30,494 bases of DNA from Snowella sp. (lineage in GTDB: Bacteria > Cyanobacteriota > Cyanobacteriia > Cyanobacteriales > Microcystaceae), in the NCBI GenBank assembly GCA_035285545.1, contig JAYKGY010000142.1, positions 1 through 30,494 on the forward strand, given 5' to 3'. The translations under genes and the position numbers were made by a program. Numbering within the stretch: the stretch's first letter is position 1; each line of letters opens with the position of its first letter. Below are positions 7,048 to 17,300 of the stretch, in pieces. The notes under the pieces were generated by a model. That model was not told where the DNA came from. It ran no database searches and saw only the letters and a list, made by a program, of their open reading frames with translations.

Positions 7048-8847
7048 TTAAGCTGATTGCAGAATTTTTAGTAAATGATCAATTTCGTCTAGTCGTTCCG
7101 TATGATTGTTTTTTTGATAATATTCTTGTGCTTCTTTTAAATGATTACAAGCTTGAGGAATTTTGCCAATTTGTATTTCGAGATTACCCAATGCACTGAT
7201 AACAGAAGCCACATTATCTTGATCATCTAAACGACGGAATAGACGCAAAGAATCTTTGAAATAAAGTCTTGCCTGTTCTAGCCTACCAATCCGATGATAG
7301 AGGCGGGCAAGTTCCAACAAGATTGGAGCTAAATTATTAACATCTTTTTGTTTTTGATAGCGTTGTTGACAATTTTCTAAGTGTTCAATGGCTTCTGTAT
7401 AATATCCTCCCTCAAATAAAGCTTTTCCTAACTGATAGGAATAATTAAAATATAGTTTTTGGTCTTCTGTTTTTTCAATAATTTTTTTGCCTTGTTTATA
7501 AGCATTAATGGCTTGTTGAATATCTTCTACTTTGCCTAGAAGTTTAAACCGTTCTCTGAGCGTATTTGCTAAATTGTACTGTGTCTTTACCCAATCTTCA
7601 GGAAAGGCTTCATGGGTATAAATTTGTAAAGCATTTTGGTAACAGATAATCGCATTTTCGATATTCTCTGCTTTATTTCCTCTAATGCGTTTACTGTAAG
7701 CATTACCAAGATTATTTTGTGTGGTTGCCCAGTCAAAAGGAAAGGCATCAAAAGTGCGAATTTTTAAGGCTTCTTGATAGCAAAAAATCGCGGTTTCGAT
7801 ATTCTCTGCTATATCTCCTTGGATTCTGTTTATGTAAGTATTGCCTAAATTATTTTGTGACCTTGCCCAACCTTCAGGAAAGCTATCACGAGTATATACT
7901 TCTAAAGAAAGTTTATAAGCAGAGATCGCCTTCTCTAGGTTTTCTGCCCTTTCTCCTACAATACGATCACTATAAGCATTCCCCAAATTATTTTGTATTC
8001 CTGCCCAATTTTCAGGAAAAGCTTCACGTTTTTTTACTTCTAATGAGCGGTTAAAAGCTGCAATTGCTAACTCCAAATTATCTGCTCTTTCCCCTCTGAT
8101 ACGCTTACTATAAGCAGCCCCCAGATTATTTTGTATTCTTGCCCATTCATCAGGAAAAGCTTCACGGGTATATACTTCTAAAGACAGGTTATAAGCGGCG
8201 ATGGCTAACTCTAGATTATCTGCTCTTTCCTCTCTAATGCGATCACCATAAGCTAATCCCAGATTATTTTGTATTCCTGCCCATTCATCAGGAAAGGTTT
8301 CACGGGTATAGATTTCTAAGATGCTCTGATAACCTGTAATGGCAATTTCCAGATTATTAGCCCGACTTCCCAAAGGCAACTTTTGAATATGAATACATAA
8401 ATTTCCAATAACCTTGGCAATAACTGTCACATCTTCCGCTTTCCCTTGAGAAAAGACATTTCTAGCATATTGTTGCAACACTTGGGCAAAAGTATCATTT
8501 AACAGATGTTGATGGCATTGTAGGATAGGATAAATTACCCCAGGATCGCTATTACTGTCAATTTCTGCTTGTAAAACTTCTAATAAAAATTCCTGATATT
8601 CTTCTATACTTTCTGCTTGAGGGTTGAGAAATTGTCCCAACTGTTGCGCTATATTCCGTAGCCAAGCCGCATCATTATCATTTTCTTGTTGTTCTAACCC
8701 CATTGCATAGTTTTCCATCTCCTGCAAAAATTGGAGGTCAATCAATTCCTGATTTTTTTGAATAATATTATTGAGTTCCTCACCATCAGCACAAGTGAGC
8801 AACTGTTCAATTAAATTGACATAAGCTTGTAATCGGGCTTGATCCAT
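7048..8847 (-). CDS. TPR-repeat protein: cyanobacterial helical N-domain, 46-aa repeats, C-terminal TPRs, no CHAT domain
   Basis: Repeats of the type WAxxQNNLGxAYxxRIxGERAxNLExAIxxYxxSLEVYTREAFP; the N-terminus resembles that of cyanobacterial TPR-CHAT proteins. Confidence 0.9.
   Translation of the reverse strand: MDQARLQAYVNLIEQLLTCADGEELNNIIQKNQELIDLQFLQEMENYAMGLEQQENDNDAAWLRNIAQQLGQFLNPQAESIEEYQEFLLEVLQAEIDSNSDPGVIYPILQCHQHLLNDTFAQVLQQYARNVFSQGKAEDVTVIAKVIGNLCIHIQKLPLGSRANNLEIAITGYQSILEIYTRETFPDEWAGIQNNLGLAYGDRIREERADNLELAIAAYNLSLEVYTREAFPDEWARIQNNLGAAYSKRIRGERADNLELAIAAFNRSLEVKKREAFPENWAGIQNNLGNAYSDRIVGERAENLEKAISAYKLSLEVYTRDSFPEGWARSQNNLGNTYINRIQGDIAENIETAIFCYQEALKIRTFDAFPFDWATTQNNLGNAYSKRIRGNKAENIENAIICYQNALQIYTHEAFPEDWVKTQYNLANTLRERFKLLGKVEDIQQAINAYKQGKKIIEKTEDQKLYFNYSYQLGKALFEGGYYTEAIEHLENCQQRYQKQKDVNNLAPILLELARLYHRIGRLEQARLYFKDSLRLFRRLDDQDNVASVISALGNLEIQIGKIPQACNHLKEAQEYYQKNNHTERLDEIDHLLKILQSA
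7560..8365 (-). repeat. Intragenic 138-bp (46-aa) tandem repeat: about 5 full units plus partial units
   Basis: The QNNL-coding anchor a(g/a)attatttt occurs at 7709, 7847, 7985, 8123 and 8261 (138-bp period), with a degenerate copy at 7571. Confidence 0.92.
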
Positions 8848-8930
8848 AACCGTCTTTTTTCACCCAAAAGCCATTCTTAAACATTATATCTCAGTATTTA
8901 GTTGCTCTTGTGTGTAATCATTCGTATTCA

Positions 8931-9218
8931 TACAGCACTTTGCAGAATCAAGAAGGACAATAGCAACAATGAATACAATAATGGCAAAAATGTACTGATG
9001 AGATTAAATAATGGACAGCTAACTTCAACAATTTTTCGACTACTTCTTTCGATTTAGGCAAAGAACGCCGAATAAACGCCTTTAATTCCCATCACAGATA
9101 TTTTATTGAGTTAAAGGTGAATGGGGCGAAATGTATAATCAGGATGTTCTTTTACCATCTTGATGACTTCTTGTTTATACGGCTGCAATTGACCTGTTTT
9201 TTGGGTTCCTACCTTTTA
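8931..9218 (-). mobile_element. Internally deleted IS630-family relic
   Basis: The minus strand gives an N-part (VGTQKTGQLQPYKQEVIKMVKEHPDYT) joined to a degenerate C-part (WELKAFIRRSLPKSKEVVEKLLKLAV...HCCYCPS*, TGA 8950-8948). The end reads TA|CAGCACTTTGCAG at 8931. Confidence 0.8.
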
Positions 9219-9236
9219 TAGAAAAAACAGATTTTC

Positions 9237-10796
9237 TTATTCTATATCATTAACTTCTTTTGGGCTTGATCCCTGACTTTTCAACAAGGGAAACGCAATC
9301 ACATCGCGAATACTGGCTGAATTGGTTAATAACATTACCAAGCGATCAATGCCAATCCCTAAACCCCCCGTCGGCGGCATTCCGTATTCTAAAGCGGTTA
9401 AAAAGTCCTCATCAACACCGTGAGCTTCTAAATCTCCTGCGGCTTTTTTCGCAGATTGTTCTTCTAAGCGTTGCCGTTGATCGATGGGATCGGTTAACTC
9501 AGAAAAACTATTGGCTAATTCCCGACCGACCACATACAGTTCAAACCGTTCCACTAACCCAAGCTTAGAACGATGAGGTTTCGCTAAGGGGGAAATTTCG
9601 ACGGGAAAATCAATGATAAAAGTCGGTTGAACTAAGGTTTCTTCGACTTTTTGTTCAAAGGCTTCATTGAGCAATTTACCAATCGATTGGCAATCTTCTG
9701 GGACCCCAATGCCTGCTTCTTCGGCGGCGGCTTTAGCTTCGGTAAAATCGGCAAATTGATTAAAATCAACGCCTGTTACTTCCTTGACGGCATCGTGCAT
9801 GGTGATCCGTTTCCAAGGAGCCGTTAGGTCAATTTCTGTTCCTTGATAATCAACCTTAAGCGTATCTAGAACCGTTTTAGCCGCGTTAATAATTAAAGTC
9901 TCGGTCAAAGCCATCATGTCGTGGTAGTCGGCATAGGCTTGATAAACTTCGATGGAGGTAAATTCGGGGTTGTGGCGTGTGGAAACTCCTTCATTACGGA
10001 AAATGCGGCCTAGCTCAAATACTTTTTCAAAACCACCCACAATTAATCGTTTTAAATGTAGTTCAGTCGCAATCCGTAGATACAATTCCATATCCAACGT
10101 ATTGTGATGGGTGATGAAGGGTCGAGCTTCTGCGCCGCCGGGTTCGGATTGTAAAACGGGGGTTTCAATTTCGATAAAGCCCTGTTCATCTAGGTAACGG
10201 CGAATTGACGCGGTAATTTGCGCCCGACAACGAAAAGTTTTTCTAACATCAGGATTGACAATTAGATCCACATATCGCTGACGATAGCGTTTTTCCGTAT
10301 CGGTTAATCCATGCCATTTATCAGGTAAGGGTAAGAGGGATTTAGTTAAAATGGCGTATTCTTTAACATAGATAGATAATTCGCCTTTTTCGGTGCGTTT
10401 AATGGTTCCTTTTGCCCCTAAAATATCGCCCGTATCCGTTAATTTAGTCAGGGGATTAAAAGCATTTTCCACAGTGGGCATGAACTCATTAATCCGTTTT
10501 TTTTCTAGATATAACTGAATATTTCCTGTCTCATCTTGGAGATTAAAAAACGCCAGTTTCCCGATAATCCGGCGGGCCATGATCCGACCTGCAACGGAAA
10601 CTTCTAGTTCAATTTCTTCGCCATTTCCTAAATCCGCATATTTATCCTGTAGGTCTTCTGCCGTATGGGTTGACTCCCATTTATAAGCATAGGGATTGAG
10701 TCCTAATTGCTTGAATTGAGAAACTTTATCTAAACGGGTTGCCCGAATTTCTTCTAGGGTTGAATGGGAATCAGAAGGGTTAGGATTGGCAGACAT
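9237..10796 (-). CDS. lysS: Lysine--tRNA ligase (class II)
   Basis: [54 protein letters not shown]. Confidence 0.98.
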   Translation of the reverse strand: MSANPNPSDSHSTLEEIRATRLDKVSQFKQLGLNPYAYKWESTHTAEDLQDKYADLGNGEEIELEVSVAGRIMARRIIGKLAFFNLQDETGNIQLYLEKKRINEFMPTVENAFNPLTKLTDTGDILGAKGTIKRTEKGELSIYVKEYAILTKSLLPLPDKWHGLTDTEKRYRQRYVDLIVNPDVRKTFRCRAQITASIRRYLDEQGFIEIETPVLQSEPGGAEARPFITHHNTLDMELYLRIATELHLKRLIVGGFEKVFELGRIFRNEGVSTRHNPEFTSIEVYQAYADYHDMMALTETLIINAAKTVLDTLKVDYQGTEIDLTAPWKRITMHDAVKEVTGVDFNQFADFTEAKAAAEEAGIGVPEDCQSIGKLLNEAFEQKVEETLVQPTFIIDFPVEISPLAKPHRSKLGLVERFELYVVGRELANSFSELTDPIDQRQRLEEQSAKKAAGDLEAHGVDEDFLTALEYGMPPTGGLGIGIDRLVMLLTNSASIRDVIAFPLLKSQGSSPKEVNDIE

Positions 10797-10800
10797 TGGG

Positions 10801-10880
10801 AATAGTGAATAGTGAATAGTGAATAGTTAATAGTTAATAGTTAATAGTTAATAGTTAACTGATCAATTAACTGATCAATT
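10801..10880. repeat. Heptamer short tandem repeat (STRR-like) directly upstream of lysS
   Basis: (AATAGTG)3(AATAGTT)5 at 10801-10856, then (AACTGATCAATT)2 at 10857-10880. Confidence 0.95.
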
Positions 10881-10937
10881 TAAACAATTAATTATTAAAT
10901 GTAATATGGGATTTTAAATACAAAAATATTACTTAAA

Positions 10938-11135
10938 TTATTTCATGTTGGCTTTGGTGTCTTGTACCGCAAACCAAAATAAAACGATGGTTAAAGGAAT
11001 ACTTGCGGCCAAAATAGAACCTGTTGTTACGGTTCCGAGTTCGGGTACTCCTGAAGACAGTTCAAACACTGAGCCGACACCCGCGATCGCGGTAATGCAG
11101 GAGCCGAGTAATAACACACCACTTTTAGGGGTCAC
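10938..11135 (-). CDS. Small two-TM hypothetical membrane protein
   Basis: GGAGG upstream of the GTG start; two hydrophobic segments around GSVFELSSG; co-oriented downstream of def. Confidence 0.75.
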   Translation of the reverse strand: MTPKSGVLLLGSCITAIAGVGSVFELSSGVPELGTVTTGSILAASIPLTIVLFWFAVQDTKANMK

Positions 11136-11192
11136 AGACGCTATGCCTCCAATTTGTTAGATTTAAGTTGAAATAGTTAGCAATCACTGAGC

Positions 11193-11771
11193 TTAGGCAA
11201 CGGGTTTCACTGATTGGAGCGAAAAACCGTTTTTCTTTAAGGCTTCTGTTAAAGCAAGACCATTATCAACCCGATCCACAAACATAACACCATTTAGGTG
11301 ATCCATCTCATGTTGAATAACTCTGGCGAGTAATCCATCGGCTTGTAATTTTTGAGGACGACCATTTTCGTCTTTATAGGTCACTTCGATTTCTTTAGGG
11401 CGAGTCACATCTAAATACACATTAGGAATACTAAGACAGCCTTCTTCTACGACACACATTTCCTTCCCAAAACGGGTAATTTGGGGATTAATCAGCACTA
11501 ATGCTGTGTCTTCTTCGGGCTTGTTCGGTTCACAGTCAATAACGATCAATTGCTTATTAACACCGACTTGCGGCGCAGCTAATCCAATGCCGTTGGAGCT
11601 ATACATGGTTTGCAACATTTCTTTGGCTAACTTCCGCACGCTTTCATCGACTTTGGCAATCCGTTTAGCCGGTTGACGGAGGACGCGATCGCCCAAATAA
11701 TGCAGGTCTAAGGGAGGTTTTTCTAATTTTTCTTTTTCTACAGCGAGAGTAGCAGTCATAGGAATGGTCAC
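11193..11771 (-). CDS. def: Peptide deformylase
   Basis: GIGLAAPQVG, EGCLS and QHEMDH motifs; exact start uncertain. Confidence 0.97.
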   Translation of the reverse strand: MTIPMTATLAVEKEKLEKPPLDLHYLGDRVLRQPAKRIAKVDESVRKLAKEMLQTMYSSNGIGLAAPQVGVNKQLIVIDCEPNKPEEDTALVLINPQITRFGKEMCVVEEGCLSIPNVYLDVTRPKEIEVTYKDENGRPQKLQADGLLARVIQHEMDHLNGVMFVDRVDNGLALTEALKKNGFSLQSVKPVA

Positions 11772-11902
11772 AAAGTCGCTTTTGGCACTGTTTTATCTTA
11801 ATCGATCTTAACAGGGATTTAAGTCGCTTTGATGGGTGATGGGGAATCTCTAATGTTTCTAAGCTTTAAAATAAAAATACTCAGGTAATCCCATGAAAAT
11901 TA

Positions 11903-12081
11903 GGAGCCAAATAGAGCTAAGGTAAGGCGTTAGGAAAATGCCAAGTCAAATAACAGTAGAATCCCTTAAGGTGAGTTTAGAAGTGCTGCTCATCAGGAAT
12001 CCCTGCCAAACTTGGCATGACTTGAGTTCTAAGTGTACTCATCATTGCTATTTTCCGACCGAACCAGCTTAACACTGGACA
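11903..12081 (-). ncRNA. ssrS: 6S RNA (SsrS/SsaA)
   Basis: About 180 nt. The 5' part GTGTTAAGCTGGTTCGGTCGGAAAATAGCAATG, the internal GTCATGC...GCAGGGATTCCTG...GCAGCACTTC and the 3' part TATTTGACTTGGCATT...GCCTTACCTTAGC resemble cyanobacterial 6S RNA as I recall it. Long-range pairings AAATAGCA/TGTTATTT and GGTC/GACT are visible. Ends are approximate. Confidence 0.75.
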
Positions 12082-12095
12082 TAGAACTTAATGGC

Positions 12096-13823
12096 TTAAT
12101 ATTTTCGTTCCTTGGGTTCAAAGCGATTGATTACCACTGGCATATAGTTCAATTCAATTCCTGCGGGGGAATAGTACGCCAACGTATGTTGTAAAAATTT
12201 TTCATCATCGCGATCGCTGAAATCTTCCCTTGCATGGGAACCCCGACTTTCCCGACGATTAAGGGCAGACGTTAGGATCAACTCACCCACCGCCATAATG
12301 TTTTGGAGTTCCAAGGCTTCAACCAACTCCGTATTCCAAGCAGGATCTTTATCATCTAGGTAAATTTGGGAATATTTCGCTTTAATTTCTTGAATTCGGC
12401 TAATTCCTTCCTCCATGACCGATTGCGTCCGAAAAACGCCACAATGATCCGTCATGCAATCTTGAAATTCTTGCCGAACCTCATTAATCCGTAACGTTCC
12501 CGATTGGTTGAGTAACTGCTGAAGCTGTTGCTGGGCTTCGGTGAGATAGGATTGGGCATCAAAACTGGAAAATTTTCGATTTTTTACATACTCGGCAATA
12601 CTGCGACCCACGCGACGACCATAGACCACGCACTCTAACAGCGAATTACTCCCCAGACGATTGCCCCCATGTACCGAAACACAGGCACATTCTCCCGCCG
12701 CAAAAAAGCCTTCCGTTAGGGTATCCGCACTGCGCCGCACCCGACCTTCCGTATTAACCGGAATCCCGCCCATACAATAGTGAACCGTTGGACGAACGGG
12801 CATGGGTTGATTGACCGCATCGATCCCCAATAGACGATGGGCTTCTTCCCAACAGAAGGGAATACGGCTCATGATTTTTTCTCGTCCTAAATGCCGTAGA
12901 TCTAGATAAACAAAAGGCCCGCCAGCAGATCCATCCAGATTAATGCCCCGACCTGCCCGAATTTCTCGCGTAATAGCACGAGAGGTAATATCACGGGGAG
13001 CGAGTTCCATACGGCTCGGCGCGTAATCTTCCATAAACCGCTTACCCTCACTATTGATCAAGTAAGCACCTTCTCCCCTGACCGCTTCAGAAATCAGCAC
13101 ACCAACCGGATACAAGCCAGTGGGATGAAACTGGACAAACTCCATATCTTCGAGGGGAATGCCCGCGATCGCCGACATGGCCAACCCATCTCCTGTGCAA
13201 GCATAATCATTAGACGTAGTGTTATAAACCCGTCCATAACCGCCCGTTGCAAACATCACGGCTTTAGCGCGGACAACTTCTAGCGCACCATCGCGAATCC
13301 GATACATCACAAGTCCTTTGGCTTCCCCATCTTCTAAGACTAGACGCATCACGTACCATTCATCGTAAATAATCACCCCATTACGACGTAAGTTATTAAC
13401 CAATTCATGTAAAATCGCATGACCCGTTTTATCCGCAGCGTAACAGGTTCGATTGTGGGAATGGCCGCCAAAAGCTCTCTGGGCAATTTTGCCATCGGGA
13501 AGACGGGAAAACAAAACCCCCATGTGTTCCAAATCAATGATGACATCGGCTGCTTCCTTGGTTAGGATTTCAACCGCATCTTGATCCGCCAAATAATCAG
13601 AACCTTTCACCGTATCAAAAGCATGGGCTTCCCAGCTATCTTCAGGATCAACATTATTCAAAACGGCAGCGATTCCCCCTTGAGCCGCAACGGAATGGGA
13701 GCGGATCGGATGGGTTTTGGCAACAACCGCTACATTGGTTTCAGGACTGAGGCGTTTAATTTCCAATGCGGCGCGGCAACCGGCTAATCCACCACCGACA
13801 ATAATGACATCATGTTCTAACAT
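12096..13823 (-). CDS. sdhA: Succinate dehydrogenase/fumarate reductase flavoprotein subunit
   Basis: GGGLAG, RSHSVAAQGG (FAD-binding His), QFHPTG, HGGNRLGSNSL, RRESRGSH, PKERKY. Confidence 0.97.
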   Translation of the reverse strand: MLEHDVIIVGGGLAGCRAALEIKRLSPETNVAVVAKTHPIRSHSVAAQGGIAAVLNNVDPEDSWEAHAFDTVKGSDYLADQDAVEILTKEAADVIIDLEHMGVLFSRLPDGKIAQRAFGGHSHNRTCYAADKTGHAILHELVNNLRRNGVIIYDEWYVMRLVLEDGEAKGLVMYRIRDGALEVVRAKAVMFATGGYGRVYNTTSNDYACTGDGLAMSAIAGIPLEDMEFVQFHPTGLYPVGVLISEAVRGEGAYLINSEGKRFMEDYAPSRMELAPRDITSRAITREIRAGRGINLDGSAGGPFVYLDLRHLGREKIMSRIPFCWEEAHRLLGIDAVNQPMPVRPTVHYCMGGIPVNTEGRVRRSADTLTEGFFAAGECACVSVHGGNRLGSNSLLECVVYGRRVGRSIAEYVKNRKFSSFDAQSYLTEAQQQLQQLLNQSGTLRINEVRQEFQDCMTDHCGVFRTQSVMEEGISRIQEIKAKYSQIYLDDKDPAWNTELVEALELQNIMAVGELILTSALNRRESRGSHAREDFSDRDDEKFLQHTLAYYSPAGIELNYMPVVINRFEPKERKY

Positions 13824-14040
13824 CTTGCTTGAGGAATCCGTCTTAATAGAAGTGCTTAGTCTATGGTGACGGAAGAAACCTCTAGTTAACGAAAATCTTA
13901 AAAGAAATTTTTGTTTCTGGATAGCTCAATGACCATCCCATTAAGAAACCCATGCTATCTTGAGAGAAAGAAAACAAAGTTTTATCCAATTTTTTTCTTC
14001 AGTCATCCAAGTGATGGAAGTTGTGCCATGCCAGTAGATC

Positions 14041-14161
14041 TTTTTGGCTTCATCAAAATCTACGGTTGCATCTCCGTATTCATAGGCTTTTCCCTCGCAG
14101 ATTCAGCAGAAATTTTTTTAATGGGAATAAAATCTTCAATTAAGCGGCGATCTTCAGTCAA
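14041..14161 (-). pseudogene. Relic of a DUF1156-type DNA methyltransferase gene
   Basis: TTG at 14161 reads MTEDRRLIEDFIPIKKISAESAREK, like the DUF1156 N-terminus that normally continues SIRxGHxSTLHxWWARRP. It is joined out of frame to AYEYGDATVDFDEAKK. Confidence 0.6.
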
Positions 14162-14334
14162 GGGGTTAGGGAGTCCAGAAATTGATGTTAAAAAAAAACC
14201 TAAGTCTTTATAGTCAATTTTCTAAACCAGACTTTCAACATGGTGAGCAACAATCAAAACAGATTCCTCTTCAAGGGTTCCAGAGCAGTTAGGCGATCGG
14301 GTTACTCGTTCAAACAAAGATGATAAATAACCCT

Positions 14335-17300
14335 TTAAATCCGTTCTTTTTTATTAAGAAATAGGCGTTCAGCAATACTTTTAATGACAATGTATAAAAT
14401 AGGCACGACAAATAAACTGAGAAAAGTCGCCACAAACATACCGCCAAAAACCGCAGTTCCCAAAGATTGACGGCTGCCTGCCCCTGCCCCCGTAGCAATG
14501 AGTAAGGGAAATGTGCCAATTAAGGTCGAAAGAGCCGTCATTAAAATGGGTCGTAATCGGTCTTGGGCTGCTTCAATGGCCGCCTTCGTAATGGGTAGCC
14601 CTTGTTCCCTCAGTTGATTGGCAAATTCCACAATAAGAATAGCGTTTTTACTCGCTAAACCAATGAGCATCACTAGCCCAATTTGACAGTAAATATCATT
14701 GGCAAAGCCCCGCGACATCTGGGCTAAGAGGGCCCCTAAGATCGCCAAAGGAACGCTCAACATAATGATCAACGGATCGATATAGTTTTCGTATTGGGCT
14801 GCCAGCACCAAAAAAACAAAAACTAATCCCAAACCGAAAATAATGGGAGCTAGGCCTTGGGATTCAATTTCTTCTAAAGAACTTCCTGACCACTCGTAAC
14901 TAAAGCCCCTGGGTAAAACATCCTTGGCGACTTGCTCCATTAAGTTTAAAGCCCCTCCTGAACTGACCCCTGGAGCCGGAGAGCCATTAATCGCGATCGC
15001 GCGGAAAAGGTTGTAATGATTAATGGTTTGCGCGCTGACTTTGGGAACCACTGTCACAAGATTAGATAAAGGAATCATTTGTTCCTGATTAGAACGTACA
15101 TACAGTTCGCCAATATCTTCAGGTTTACTGCGAAATTCCTTATCTGCCTGCAAATACACCCGATAGGTGCGGTCTTGGAAATTAAAATCGTTGACGTACT
15201 GAGACCCCAAGGCGGTTTGCAGGGTATTGAAAATCTCATCAATGTCAACCCCCAGGGTTTTTGCCCGATTGCGGTTCACCTCAATCAATAATTGGGGGGT
15301 ATTCGCTTGAAATGTACTAAAAACAGCCTGTAGCCCCGGTGTTTGATTCGCTTTTCCTAAAACCATTTCCATCGTTTGGACAAGGGTTTCTAAATCACTA
15401 TTGGCTCGCCGATCCTGCAATTGGAAATTAAAGCCACCAAAATTTCCTAGCCCTTGAATCGCAGGCGGATTAACAGGAAAAATACGGGCTTCAGGAATCA
15501 TGGCAAATTTACCAAACAATTGACCCACAAGTGCTTTGACCGAATTCTCTGGGCCGGGTCGTTGTTCCCAGGGTTTGAGGGTTGTAAAGATAATGCCTTG
15601 GTTGGCACTATTACCACTAAAACTAAATCCCCCGACCGTAAAGGTGCCCACGACTTGGGGCAATTTTAAAATTTCCTTTTCAACTTGATCAATGACTTTA
15701 CTGGTATATTGCAGCGAAACACCTTCAGGGGCTTGAATAATGGTAATAAAATAGCCCTGGTCTTCGTCGGGTAAAAATGCGGTGGGAGTTTGCACATATA
15801 ACCAACCCGTTACACCTAATAACGCTACAAATAACCCAATCACAATGATTTTGAGGCGACTAAACCAGGCTAAGATATTGCGATACCGTTTTCGGACACC
15901 CTCTAGGAAGTCATTAAAGCCATTAAAAAACCAGGCAATCCAACGAGGCGGATGTTGACCTTGACGTAAGAGTAAAGCACACAAGGAAGGGGTTAAGGTC
16001 AGGGCTAAAAACGTAGAAATCGTAATGGAGAAGGCGATGGTTAAGGCAAATTGTTGGTATAACGCACCTGTGGTTCCTGGAAAAAAAGCGACCGGAATAA
16101 ACACCGCCATTAAGACCAATGACGTAGCAATTACCGCACTCGAAAGCTCGGCCATCGCTTCACTGGCAGCCTGTCGCGGATTCATTCCTTTTTGTTGAAT
16201 AAAGCGGCTAATTTGTTCTACAACGATAATGGCATCATCCACTACCATTCCGGTGGCTAACGTTAAGCCAAAGAGGGTCAAGCTATTAATCGAAAAATTA
16301 AAGAATTTAACAAAGGCAAAGGTTCCCACTAAGGATAAGGGAATCGTCAAAGCCGGAATTAATGTTGTACGCCAGTCTTGTAGAAAAACGAGAATAACCA
16401 GAATAACAAACAAAACCGCTAATGCAAGGGTTTTAACCACTTCTAAGAGGGATTGACGAACATAATTGGTGGTATCAAATGCAACGCGATAGTCTAATCC
16501 GGGTGGAAAGCTTTCCGCTAATTTGCTCAGTTCCTGTTTAACGTTTTTAGATACCGCTAAGGCGTTACTTTCCGGGAGTTGATAAACCCCTAAGCCGATC
16601 GCGTCCTGACCCCGAAAGCGCAGAAATGATCCGTAGTTTTCGGCTCCCAGTTCGACTCGTCCCACATCTTTTAAACGGACGATTAGCCCATTTGCACCTG
16701 TTTTGAGGATTAAATCTTCAAATTGGGCCGGTTCGGTTAATTGACTAGCCGCTCTGAGATCAATCTGAAATTCTTGTCCTTCAGGGGCTGGCTCTTGCCC
16801 TAATTGTCCTGCACCGACTTGTAAATTTTGTTCCCGTAATACATCCGCCACATCCGCCGTTGTGAGTCCTTGACTGGCTAACTTGATGGGATTCAACCAC
16901 AGGCGCATCGCATAGCGTCGTTCCCCAAAAATCCGTACTCCTCCCACACCAGACACCCGCTTAATGGAATCCACCAGATAGCGATCGGCGTAATTACTGA
17001 GAAATACGTTATCGTAGCGTCCCTCTTTACTAAAAAGCCCAATAGCGAGGAGTAAATTGGTAGATTCTTTAGTAACTTGAACTCCCGTTTGTTTAACTGG
17101 CTCAGGGAGTTGGGGTTCGGCCAGGGCAACGCGATTTTGGACATCAACAGCGGCGATATCTTTGTTGCGATCGCGGTTAAAGGTGGCGGTAATGCTACTC
17201 GTTCCGTCGTTACTACTGCTAGAGGTAATGTAGCGTAACCCTTCCACTCCATTAATTTGACGTTCTAGGATATCGGTAACGGCTCGCTCTACGACTTCCG

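Noticed and set aside
7048..8847. Diversity-generating retroelement target hypothesis for the TPR repeats
   Set aside because: No reverse transcriptase or non-coding template repeat is in the window, and the differences between units are not evidently adenine-specific.
7719..13787. Plus-strand ORFs 7719-8054, 9260-9568, 10945-11160 and 13581-13787
   Set aside because: They lie antisense to well-supported genes.
13911..14519. ORFs 13911-14213 (+) and 14310-14519 (-)
   Set aside because: The first is antisense to the DUF1156 relic with atypical composition; the second is an alternate frame of the RND gene's 3' end.
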